From contig JAXGPF010000006.1 in assembly GCA_040767085.1 (NCBI GenBank), positions 307,947 through 371,946 on the forward strand: a DNA stretch of 64,000 nucleotides. The letters are read 5' to 3'. Under the pieces are notes generated by a model. The model was not told where the DNA came from and searched no databases. It saw nothing but the letters and a program-made list of their open reading frames with translations. Position 1 is the stretch's first letter; every line of letters begins with the position of its first letter. Positions 8,329 through 17,409 of the stretch are shown piece by piece. This stretch comes from Kiritimatiellia bacterium (lineage in GTDB: Bacteria > Verrucomicrobiota > Kiritimatiellia > JAAZAB01). Both the position numbers and the translations under genes were made by a program.

Positions 8329-9498
8329 TTACACCGCTGGCCCCGCACCGCGCCAGCCGCGCGGCGCCAGCGCATGTTTGGCAAAGAACATAAAATTTAA
8401 AAAGCTGAAATTGCGCAAGCCGCACATAAAATAATGCAAACGCAAGCCCGTACGCCCGCATAGCGGGAGCGCGTCAAAGGCCCGGCCCACGCTGTCATCC
8501 GCCAGCGGTATCACCCACCCCAAATCCAAGGGATAAAAACGACGGGGCGGTTGGCCGGCAAGGGCGCGGGCAATATTGGCGCCGGCGCGCGCGCCGGCGT
8601 AGATGGAGAAATTCACCGCCTTGCGCAAATAACCCTTCCGGTCTTGCACCGCCGCCGCATCGCCGGCAAAAAAAACGGCGGGGTAGCCCGGCGCCGCCAG
8701 AAACTCATTCACAATGACCCGCCCGTCCGGCAGGCGTTTGATCCGCCCCTTGATCCGGTTGATGGCGGCGGTCGTGCCTTCCGTGCGACACAGGAAGACA
8801 TCCGCAAAATTTCTGCCCGACGCCAGGTGCGCGCTTTTTCCGTCGTATAATGTAATTCTGTCGTTAACCAATAAATCGAAATCATTGCGCGTCAGCCAGC
8901 GTTGCACGCGCGCCGCCTGGCCCGCAGAGAGAAACGGCAAGATTGATGCATTGCGTTCCACCAGCGTGAACCGACAGGTTTTGTGCGCGCGGCGCGCAGT
9001 ATCCGCAAGATTGGCGGCCAGTTCCAAAGCTGTATAGCCCGCGCCATGGAACAGGCAATGCGGCGTTGATGCGCGGGCAAGATACCGGGGGAATTCGCAT
9101 CGAATCCGCTCGGCTTCCTCAATGTCCGCCATGGGAAATGTGGGCCCGCTGAATTGCGCCGGGTCGCCTGGACGGCTGACCGACCCGGCGGCGCAAATCA
9201 GATAATCATAAGCAATTTTCCCCGCCGGCGTGTCCACCGTGCGCGCATCAAGGTCCACCGCTTCAGCCGCAGTCTGCCGCAGATCAATCCCGGCCGGCAA
9301 ACGCCGTTCCAGCCGGCCTTCAAGCCGGCGCCGATCCAAGCGCCCGGCGGCATATTCGGGCAGCAAAGGCAGCATGACGGATTGGCCGCGCGGGTCCAGC
9401 AGAATAACCCGGCATTGCCGCCGCCGCTGGGCGCGGCGTAAAGCGTGCGCCGCCGCCACGCCGGCAAAGCCGCCGCCGAGTATCAAGACCAACGGCAT
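8329..9498 (-). CDS. FAD-dependent pyridine nucleotide oxidoreductase, NDH-2-like
   Basis: GGGFAG FAD motif, YDYLICAAGS, second Rossmann motif GAGYTALELA, VFFAGD; GGAG RBS upstream of ATG 9498. Confidence 0.82.
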   Translation of the reverse strand: MPLVLILGGGFAGVAAAHALRRAQRRRQCRVILLDPRGQSVMLPLLPEYAAGRLDRRRLEGRLERRLPAGIDLRQTAAEAVDLDARTVDTPAGKIAYDYLICAAGSVSRPGDPAQFSGPTFPMADIEEAERIRCEFPRYLARASTPHCLFHGAGYTALELAANLADTARRAHKTCRFTLVERNASILPFLSAGQAARVQRWLTRNDFDLLVNDRITLYDGKSAHLASGRNFADVFLCRTEGTTAAINRIKGRIKRLPDGRVIVNEFLAAPGYPAVFFAGDAAAVQDRKGYLRKAVNFSIYAGARAGANIARALAGQPPRRFYPLDLGWVIPLADDSVGRAFDALPLCGRTGLRLHYFMCGLRNFSFLNFMFFAKHALAPRGWRGAGPAV

Positions 9499-9635
9499 CA
9501 GTTTCACTCCGGGTTGCATCCATCTCGCCCAAACGCTCATCAGCATTTACATGCACCATGGCCGGAATTTACTACATTAAACTACAGCAACTGCTCAAAA
9601 TAACAAGAAAAATCCGAGACCCGCTGCCGCGAGGA

Positions 9636-9685
9636 CTGCGTCATTCTCGGGAAAGACGGCTCGGTTGGAGATCACGCCCATAACC
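9636..9685. repeat. Degenerate copy of the REP-like element at 63483-63531
   Basis: ctgcgtcattctcgggaaagacggctcggttggagatcacgcccataacc aligns by eye with ctccgtcatttcaggcaaaagacggctcggtcggagacctcgccctacc. Confidence 0.6.
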
Positions 9686-10004
9686 CGCCCGCGCCAGGTT
9701 GCGGCGCTACGGGCAGCAATCCGGATTCGTGTTTCGTCAAAACCACCATAATCCAGACATTCCGAACCAAAATCCTGATGACGGGAATGCAATCTTCGTC
9801 TATACTGAACGGCATGCAAACAGGAATCCATGCCTGCCTCAAAGGCCTGGCGCTGGAATGAAAGACCGCCCGCGGCCTGAGCCGATGCGTCGGCGGGGTT
9901 ATGATATCTATATGGTTGCCCTTCTGTAAACTGATGTTAAAATATTGACCATGATCAAAGCCGCTCCAGGCAATTTTACCGGCGCCGGGCGTGCCGGTGA
10001 TTCC

Positions 10005-10859
10005 ATGCGCAATAATAGTTTATGGCGCTTAACCCGCCGCCGCGCCCGTTGCCCGGGCAGAAAAAGCGCCAATCATTTGTCCGCCGTATTTATCGCCTTG
10101 ACCAGCCTCGCGCTGAATCTGGCCGCCGTCAATGTCGGCCTCGTGGACGCCGGCGGGGCCGGCAGCGACCTGGACCTGCTGGCGGCAACCATCCAGGGGC
10201 TCGGGCATCAGTCCGAAAAACTGCCTGAATCCGACCTCCCGCGCCCCACGGGCTTGCTGCATTACAACTGCATCATACTGGCGCATCGCAGCGGGCCGCT
10301 CACCGCCGCGGGCTACCAGGCGCTTGCCGGATACGTCAATGATGGCGGAACGCTGTTACTTACCGGCCTGGCCGGCTACTGGATGAAAACTCCCGGCGGC
10401 GACCGGGATCGGGCTCAAATTCGCGGCGCGGGCCCGTTAAAAGACGTCGCCGGCGTCCGCATCACCGCACCGCATGAAATGCCCATCCGGCAATTGATCG
10501 TCCGGGAAAAATCGCCCGCGGTCATGGGACTGCCCGAATCCTTCGCGTTAAAAACCACGCCGCCTTACGATATCAATAACCCGGCCGCCTGGAAGCATTG
10601 CGGCGCATTCGGCCTCCAGGCCGAGTCCGCCGCGTCCCTGATCATGCTGCAGACGATCAACGCGGAGGGCAAGCCGGCGGAAAGCGTATTCCTGACCGTC
10701 AACCAGCATGGCGCGGGCCAATGTTACCGGCTGGCATTGTGCCGGATTGCGCCTTTGGTGCTTGAAAAAAAGGAGCACAACATCACGTTGATTTTGCAGA
10801 ATATTCTGCGTGATTCGGCAGGCCATCAGCCTTTCGCCCTGAAAGCAACGCCGGAATAA
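10005..10859 (+). CDS. Hypothetical exported protein with class I GATase-like/GH42-trimerisation-like domain
   Basis: N-terminal hydrophobic segment; 'YNCIIL...ALAGYVNDGGTLLLTG' pattern. Start uncertain (9945-10005). Confidence 0.55.
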   Translation: MRNNSLWRLTRRRARCPGRKSANHLSAVFIALTSLALNLAAVNVGLVDAGGAGSDLDLLAATIQGLGHQSEKLPESDLPRPTGLLHYNCIILAHRSGPLTAAGYQALAGYVNDGGTLLLTGLAGYWMKTPGGDRDRAQIRGAGPLKDVAGVRITAPHEMPIRQLIVREKSPAVMGLPESFALKTTPPYDINNPAAWKHCGAFGLQAESAASLIMLQTINAEGKPAESVFLTVNQHGAGQCYRLALCRIAPLVLEKKEHNITLILQNILRDSAGHQPFALKATPE

Positions 10860-10863
10860 TTCA

Positions 10864-10960
10864 CCACAAAAGCACGCAAGGAACGCATAGACCTGGTTGT
10901 AATTTCTGGAGGGCAAACGCCTTCTCAAGCCTATGTTATGCTTTTATGCGTATTTTGTGG
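10864..10960. repeat. Imperfect inverted-repeat element (CCACA...TGTGG)
   Basis: ccacaaaagcacgcaaggaacgcatag (10864-10890) vs ccacaaaatacgcataaaagcataacatag (reverse complement of 10931-10960). Confidence 0.55.
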
Positions 10961-10965
10961 AGGAA

Positions 10966-12354
10966 ATGATGCATATACGATTTATATTCATGTTCGCCGC
11001 TCTGTTTTTCATCCCATACCTCGCGCTCGCCTGGGGCGGGCCGGAGCATTCATCCATCACCGCCGCCGCGGCCGCCGTATTGGCGCCGGCGGCGCTGGCG
11101 TTCCTGGGCGCGGAAACGACGCGCCTGATCAAGGCTTACTGCATCATGCCGGATTTCAGCAATGCCGCCTATCACGGCGTCTGCAGCCAAGGCAAAGACG
11201 GACAGGCGCGGACGCCGGACCAGCGCCGCGATCTGAATGTGCCATATTATTGCGATTACGACAGCCTGACCGGCGCGGGAGAATATTTCGGGCACGGGCC
11301 CGCCATCGCCTTTGCCGGCGCCGCTTTGCCCTTGCCGGACGAGCATTCCACGGAAATGTTCGAAAACAACCGGTTTTGCGAAGCCGCCGTGTATAAATTC
11401 CTGAATAGAGCACAGCAAGCATTCCTGCATAACAGTTATTTTGACGCCATCCGGTTCATGGGCGTTGCCGTGCATTACCTGCAGGATTGCACCCCGCCCC
11501 CGCATGTCATGCGCGTGCCCAACAACGACATGGAACTGCACCACGCCATGGAAGCGATCGAAGACCACAGCCGTATAAACTTATCCGGCTATCAACCGCG
11601 GATTCTGGGCGGCACCCCGGAGGCCGCCATGAATGCCGCCCGGTCGTTGGCGATAGACATCTCGCTTGAATCGCACCGCCTGGCGGAGGAAATCCTCGCC
11701 CTGATCCAGGCCGGCCAACGCCCGGCAGCGGCCTCAAAAACCATTGCAGCCGCAAATTTGGCCGCCCGCGCCACGGCCGATGTAATCCACACCTTCTGCT
11801 CGCTCAACCAGGGCAATATGCCGCAAATTCCGGCCGCCCGCCACGGCGTCAATCTGCTTTACAATCCGTCGTTCGACCTGGATGCCAACCGCGACCTGCA
11901 TCCCGACGGCTGGGTGCGCGAGTGGCATGACCTGGCCTGCCCACGGGATATGCATCTCTGGGACCGCGTGTCCACCCGCGGCCGGGGCGCATGCGTCCGG
12001 CTGTACCGGGTCAGCCCCGCCGGCGCCGCCTGGCGCACCGCGCGCTCGCACGGCATCCCTGTCGCGCCCGGCCAAACTTACGCGCTTTCAGGAATGATCC
12101 GCCTGCAATGCGCCGGCGGCAGCAATTACATCGCCTTGCGGTTCCAGAACGCGGGTTATGAAACTATCGCTGAATTCTCTTCGCCGGCACTGAATGGCAA
12201 TGCCGCCTGGCAGCCCATCCGGGTCGCCGGCGCCGCGCCGGCGGACGCGGTAGATGTCCTGGCCGTCTGCGCCTCATTCGACAATCCCGGCTCGGTGCTG
12301 TTTGACGATCTGAAGTTGGTTTTAAATGAGCACGGACACAGAATAAATGCTTGA
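10966..12354 (+). CDS. Secreted Zn-dependent phospholipase C/S1-P1 nuclease-like domain plus C-terminal CBM4/9-like domain
   Basis: Signal peptide ending LALA|WGGPEH (mature N-terminal Trp, His at +6), PD, H, HYLQD..PPH, HHAME; C-terminal 'NLLYNPSF...PDGW...FDDLKL'; GGAGG RBS. Confidence 0.7.
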   Translation: MMHIRFIFMFAALFFIPYLALAWGGPEHSSITAAAAAVLAPAALAFLGAETTRLIKAYCIMPDFSNAAYHGVCSQGKDGQARTPDQRRDLNVPYYCDYDSLTGAGEYFGHGPAIAFAGAALPLPDEHSTEMFENNRFCEAAVYKFLNRAQQAFLHNSYFDAIRFMGVAVHYLQDCTPPPHVMRVPNNDMELHHAMEAIEDHSRINLSGYQPRILGGTPEAAMNAARSLAIDISLESHRLAEEILALIQAGQRPAAASKTIAAANLAARATADVIHTFCSLNQGNMPQIPAARHGVNLLYNPSFDLDANRDLHPDGWVREWHDLACPRDMHLWDRVSTRGRGACVRLYRVSPAGAAWRTARSHGIPVAPGQTYALSGMIRLQCAGGSNYIALRFQNAGYETIAEFSSPALNGNAAWQPIRVAGAAPADAVDVLAVCASFDNPGSVLFDDLKLVLNEHGHRINA

Positions 12355-12415
12355 GCAACCGAACATGGTTCGGGCCGTAACGCCGAAAAATCCGCTACTA
12401 ATGGGAGGAATCAAG

Positions 12416-13834
12416 ATGCAAATTATCCGCCGGCTTTCAGGAGTAGTTTGGTTCTTTTTGATCGCGACCTGTCCCGCGTCGGCGCAGACCACCTGGCATG
12501 TGGCCGAAACCGGGTCGGACAGCGCCCACACTGGATCAAATTACTGGACCAACGCGTTTGCGACGATCAGCAATGCCGTCAGAGCCGCCGGCGATGGCGA
12601 CACCATTCTGGTCTCCAACGGCACGTACACGCTGACAGCCACCATCAATATTGCCAAAGGACTGAGCCTGCACAGTTGGCATAACGGCGCGCTGGACCGT
12701 ACCAACACCATTATCAACGGCAACAATGCCGTGCAATGCTTTTATCTGAATCATTCCAATGTGCTGGTGGAAGGCTTTTCCATCATCAACGGCAATACCG
12801 CCAGCAGCGGCGCGGGGATTTACATCCATTCCGAAGGCGGCACGGCGCGCAACTGCATTATCAACGGCTGCCAGGCGACGACGAATTCTTCTTACGGCGG
12901 CGGCATATTTATTTACAACGATAAGGGCAGTGTGCTGGATTCCAAAATTCACGGCAACACCGTCCCAAATCCGACTGGCTCGCGCGGGGGCGGCGGGGTA
13001 TGTTTGCGAGATGGCGGCCTGGTCAGGAATTGCGCCGTGTTTTCCAACTCCACTCCCTTTTACGGCGGCGGCATCACTATCATCAACGCGGGGTTGGTGG
13101 ACGGCTCCGTCATCTCGGACAATGACGCTGATTACGGCGGCGGATTACATCTACAGCAAGGCGGCACAGTCCGCAACAGTTTGATTGCCGGCAATTCCGC
13201 CAGCCAGCGCGGCGGCGGGGTCTTCATATATAGCGCCGGGTACATTGATAATTGCATTATATCCAACAACGCTGCGATAGTGCGCGGCGGCGGAATCATG
13301 TTCCGCGACGCCAGCGGCGGATTGGCGCGCAACTGCCTGCTGGTGGAAAATAACGCCAGCGGCGGTAGCGGCGACGGCGGCGGCGCTTACCTGGACCAGG
13401 GCACGGGCGTGCTGGCCAATTGCACGATCGCCGCCAACAACGCAGGGCAGTATGCCGGCGGCGTTTTTATGAACGGCGGGGCCTATGTCACCAACTGCAT
13501 TATTTATGACAACACCGCAGTAAGTTATCAGAATTACCGCGTTGCCGCAGCCGGGGGCATCACGGGCGTTATCAGTTATTCCTGCACCACCCCCCTGCCG
13601 GCCGGAGACGATTCCAATTTCACGAATGCGCCGGCCTTTGTCAACCCCGCCATCGGCAATTACCGGCTGGAACACGCTTCGCGCGGCATCAATGAAGGAC
13701 TTAACCAGGCCTGGATGCGGACGGATAATGCCGCGGATCTCGACGGCCGTACGCGGATTGACCGGTTTTCGGACCTGGTTGACCTGGGCTGTTACGAATA
13801 CACGCCCGGGGGCGTCATGTTCCGCGTAAGATGA
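12416..13834 (+). CDS. Secreted right-handed parallel beta-helix protein (pectin-lyase fold, choice-of-anchor-Q-like tail)
   Basis: Signal peptide; many 'N...GGG[IV]' and 'NCII.N' repeats; 'PAFV...NYRL...S.GINEG...DLDG..R...VDLGCYE' tail; GGAGG RBS. Confidence 0.82.
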   Translation: MQIIRRLSGVVWFFLIATCPASAQTTWHVAETGSDSAHTGSNYWTNAFATISNAVRAAGDGDTILVSNGTYTLTATINIAKGLSLHSWHNGALDRTNTIINGNNAVQCFYLNHSNVLVEGFSIINGNTASSGAGIYIHSEGGTARNCIINGCQATTNSSYGGGIFIYNDKGSVLDSKIHGNTVPNPTGSRGGGGVCLRDGGLVRNCAVFSNSTPFYGGGITIINAGLVDGSVISDNDADYGGGLHLQQGGTVRNSLIAGNSASQRGGGVFIYSAGYIDNCIISNNAAIVRGGGIMFRDASGGLARNCLLVENNASGGSGDGGGAYLDQGTGVLANCTIAANNAGQYAGGVFMNGGAYVTNCIIYDNTAVSYQNYRVAAAGGITGVISYSCTTPLPAGDDSNFTNAPAFVNPAIGNYRLEHASRGINEGLNQAWMRTDNAADLDGRTRIDRFSDLVDLGCYEYTPGGVMFRVR

Positions 13835-13882
13835 CTCAAGACCGGATCGGAGTCAGCACCATTCAACTATAAGGCAATCAAC

Positions 13883-16528
13883 ATGCAAAACAACCGCGGA
13901 TTCAAGCAGATAGCGGCCAAGTTAGCCGCCATTCTGGCGGCCGGCGCCCTCCAAAGCGCCGAGGTCGGCATTTACGTGGCGGCCGCTGATGGCGGCAAAT
14001 CGGTGGGCAACATGGCCATTAAAAACACCCTGGCCGACGCCGGCATCACGGTGGATGAATTTTCCAGCATGTCCATGGCAAACCTCCTGCAATTCCGGGC
14101 GGTTATCATTCCCAATACGCCGGTGCTGGCCCAGCACGAAGACCCGCGCTGGAGCGACAACTTGCGCGCATACGTCTCCGAGTGCGGCGGAGCCATTATC
14201 TTTAACCATGACGCCATCGGCGCGGAACGCTCGCCGTTCGGCCAATTGCCCCTGTTCCCGGAAATCGTCGCGCCCGGCAGCGTGGAACGCGCCGCCGCCG
14301 CGAAAATTAAAATTGTCGTTCCCGACGCCTTGAACGCGGATTTCGATTATCTGCCGGGTTACCAGGCCGGCCAGGAAGCCGCGCACATGTATAGCGACCA
14401 TTTCATGTTCGAACAAAATGGCGGCACGGCGCTGCTTGCCGACATCGCCACCGAAAAAATCGTGGCGGCGGCCGGCACGGTCGGCGCCGGCCGGGTGGTG
14501 TTCAACGGCCTGTTCGGCGGCCACCCCGCCGGCCTGGCCGCCGCCCTGGAAGGGCTGGACCGGGAGCTTATGCTGAACACGGTCAAGTGGTGCCTCGCGG
14601 GCAAGGGATTGGTTATCACCGACCCGGCCCGGGCGAAAGTGTCGGAATGGCGGCCGGAAATTACCGGGATGACCGCGGCGCGGAATAGAATTGCCATGAT
14701 CGGCAGCGCGGGATTCGATATCCGCAATCGCGTCGTCCCGAAGATCGAACGGAGCGGCCTGGCGGTTGATTTCATTCCGGTGCATTTTTTGAATGTCCGG
14801 GATTTGAGTCCGGATGATTACAAGCTGATATTGTTCTTTGCGCCTTTGCGTTGGGAAGAAGACCATGTTCCGGCCGCCACCTTCGAAAAAATCAACCGCT
14901 TCACGCAGGCCGGCGGCAAAGCGATAATATTTTTACAGGGCGGCATCGGCAAAAAAGTCCAGGCATACCTGCTGGATCCCGCGGGCATCACGCCGGCCGG
15001 CCAACTGGTCCGGGACAACCCGGCAAATCTGCGCGCGGTGGAATGGACGGATACGGCCGGCCATACGCGCCGCGTCAAGGAAATCCCCGACAATTGGATC
15101 ACCCCGCTGGGCGAGCCGGAGGCCGGCAAGGCGCAAACCATCGGTTACTGGCTCGATTACAAGGAAGAACGCCGCTCGCCGGCCATCTTCCGGACCGGAT
15201 ACGGTTATTTGCTCAACCTGAATATTTACGGGGATTGCCGCATGTTTCTGGCCGACGCCGCGGCGGCGCTGCTGCCGGAAAGCGCGCCGGACATTTTTAA
15301 CAAACTCCTGCAGGAATACCAGGCCAACGTCAAACAGACCGGCGATCGCGCATTTTCGGGGCCAGGCCGGAACATGCGGACGCGCGCCGATGAGTTGCGC
15401 GGGATGGCGGCGGCCGCAGCGGCGGCCGGCGAACACGCGCAGGCCATCCAATTGATTTTACAGGCGGAATCGGAACTGGTGCGCGCTTACGCCGTTTCCA
15501 TGCCAGCCGCCCAAGGCGAAGAGCGCATTGTCTTCACCTTTGCGCGGAGTCTGCCCGACCCGGAAATAATCTGCGCGCGGCTGGCCGGCGCCGGATTTAC
15601 CGGCATCGCCGTCACCCATCTGGAAGGCCATTATCCCAGCAAACTTTATGGAAAAAATGTTCAGCCGGGCGAAACGCATCCCGGAGCGGACGACACCGAT
15701 TGGATGCAAAAGTGGGTGGACACCGCCCATAAACATGGTTTGAAAATCGGCCCGTCGTTTTCCGCCTTCAGCGTTTATGCTGGTTCGCCGGAATACGCCC
15801 GGGCAATGGCGGAAGACTGGCGAGTGGTCCCGGGCGGCCAGGTCGGCAAGCCGCCCAAACCATTCCCCGAATCTCCGCGCCTCGATCCCTGCCGGTCGCG
15901 CCGGGAGGTCCCGGATTACGCCATCGCCAAGGCGCGGGAAATCATTGAAAGGTATCCGGTGGATTACATCTTTTACGACTATATCCGCTGGTCGGAAACC
16001 TGTTATTGCAATTATTGCATGGAGAAATTCCAGCAGGATACCGGCGTGAAAATTGAAAAGTGGCCGGATGACGTCATGGGTAAATACCAGGAAGCATACA
16101 ACGACTGGCGCGCCCGCCCGGTGACCCGGGTGATCCGGACAACCGCGGCCAATATCGCCGGGATCAATCCGCAAATCAAACTGGGCGTCTTCACCTTCCG
16201 CGGCCAGCGCGAATCATGGGGCAAGGGCCAGTACTGGTGGGAATGGACCAATGACACCGATTACGTCATGCCCATGGTTTATGCTCCCGATAATCGAACC
16301 ATGGAAGAACTCTTCATCGAAATCAACGGCCTGCTGCCCGCCGGCGGCCGGGCGCGGCTCCTGCCGGCATTGGCGCCGCCCGGCGTCAAGGGCGGCAGCG
16401 ATCTGACCCGTCTGCAGCAGCTTGACCTGCAACGCCAATACGCGCCCGCGGGCGCGATCTATTTCTCCTATTACCTGGTTTCCGACGCTTTTCTGGATTG
16501 GCTGCGAATGGGGCCGTGGCGCGATTGA
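13883..16528 (+). CDS. Secreted multidomain glycoside hydrolase-like protein (two GATase-like domains plus GHL10-like TIM barrel)
   Basis: Signal peptide; 'AHKHGLKI', 'YPVDYIFYDYIRW', CYCNYC, 'KGQYWWEW...DYVMPMVY' are characteristic of the GHL10/DUF187-like family. Confidence 0.7.
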   Translation: MQNNRGFKQIAAKLAAILAAGALQSAEVGIYVAAADGGKSVGNMAIKNTLADAGITVDEFSSMSMANLLQFRAVIIPNTPVLAQHEDPRWSDNLRAYVSECGGAIIFNHDAIGAERSPFGQLPLFPEIVAPGSVERAAAAKIKIVVPDALNADFDYLPGYQAGQEAAHMYSDHFMFEQNGGTALLADIATEKIVAAAGTVGAGRVVFNGLFGGHPAGLAAALEGLDRELMLNTVKWCLAGKGLVITDPARAKVSEWRPEITGMTAARNRIAMIGSAGFDIRNRVVPKIERSGLAVDFIPVHFLNVRDLSPDDYKLILFFAPLRWEEDHVPAATFEKINRFTQAGGKAIIFLQGGIGKKVQAYLLDPAGITPAGQLVRDNPANLRAVEWTDTAGHTRRVKEIPDNWITPLGEPEAGKAQTIGYWLDYKEERRSPAIFRTGYGYLLNLNIYGDCRMFLADAAAALLPESAPDIFNKLLQEYQANVKQTGDRAFSGPGRNMRTRADELRGMAAAAAAAGEHAQAIQLILQAESELVRAYAVSMPAAQGEERIVFTFARSLPDPEIICARLAGAGFTGIAVTHLEGHYPSKLYGKNVQPGETHPGADDTDWMQKWVDTAHKHGLKIGPSFSAFSVYAGSPEYARAMAEDWRVVPGGQVGKPPKPFPESPRLDPCRSRREVPDYAIAKAREIIERYPVDYIFYDYIRWSETCYCNYCMEKFQQDTGVKIEKWPDDVMGKYQEAYNDWRARPVTRVIRTTAANIAGINPQIKLGVFTFRGQRESWGKGQYWWEWTNDTDYVMPMVYAPDNRTMEELFIEINGLLPAGGRARLLPALAPPGVKGGSDLTRLQQLDLQRQYAPAGAIYFSYYLVSDAFLDWLRMGPWRD

Positions 16529-16716
16529 TCATAAAAACGGCGGTTATTTCACCACGCCGGGCAAGAAGATATGCAGGGGCGAAGAATTGCAAGGAAAGGG
16601 AGAATCCGCTTGGCCCAAGCGACAGCCGTTAACCAGGCAAAAATTAATTGCATACTCTGTGATTGCTGCAAATCATTTCAACGCCGATTTTCATGAAAAA
16701 TACAGGTGATAATTCC

Positions 16717-17387
16717 ATGCAAACGCTAAATCAACAACTTGGCCGGCTGAAGTTCTGCGGATTAATCGGCACTGCGCGGATATTGTGCGCTTGTGTTTGT
16801 GCGCCGGGCATTGGAGCGGCCAATGGAAACCTGCCCGCTGATTTGACGAATATCACGGGGGCGAGCGTCGCCGAGGTGCGGCCAGCATTCTGCGGGGTTG
16901 CCTGATCATGGGCAATGTGTCCAGCAACGAGGGCGGCGGCGTCTATGCCAACCAGGGTTATATCTCGAATTGCACGATCGTCGGCAATACTTCGCTGCCC
17001 GGCGCCGGCAGCCTGGGCGGCGGGCTGTGCATCCAAGGCGTGAATACGCGCATCAATAATTCGATTATTTATTACAACATTGCCTCCACCGCCAACCGTT
17101 CCAATTGGTACCAGTATGACAAGGCGCAGTTTACCAACAGTTGCACGGCGCCCAGCGGCGTAAACGGGAGCGGAAACATCTTCATCGACCCGCTCTTCAC
17201 GGACACCAACGCCGCTGATTACAGTTTGCTGCCAAATTCGCCGTGTATCAATGCCGGAATCAATGCCGCGTGGATGAATGGCGCCCGGGATGTGCGAGGA
17301 CATAATCGCCTGGATGTTTTTACCCGCATCGTGGATATGGGTGCCTGCGAATTTTTCCGGGAAGGTTCCATGTTCACTTTCAGGTGA
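16717..17387 (+). pseudogene. Degraded paralogue of the beta-helix/choice-of-anchor-Q protein
   Basis: A signal-peptide-like ORF (16717-16905) is out of frame with a fragment (open from 16842, ATG 16908) that matches the C-terminal third of the 12416-13834 protein. Confidence 0.6.
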
Positions 17388-17409
17388 ATGCCGGCAGCGG
17401 AGATTGCTT

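Noticed and set aside
9595-9929. Short ORFs (9595-9831, 9699-9929) in the divergent spacer
   Set aside because: They overlap REP-like repeats and have no RBS or motif; more likely non-coding.
12780-13520. Recurrent ggcggcgg motifs suggesting a DNA repeat array or DGR target
   Set aside because: Explained by GGG(I/V) beta-helix protein repeats; no template/variable repeat pair or reverse transcriptase seen.
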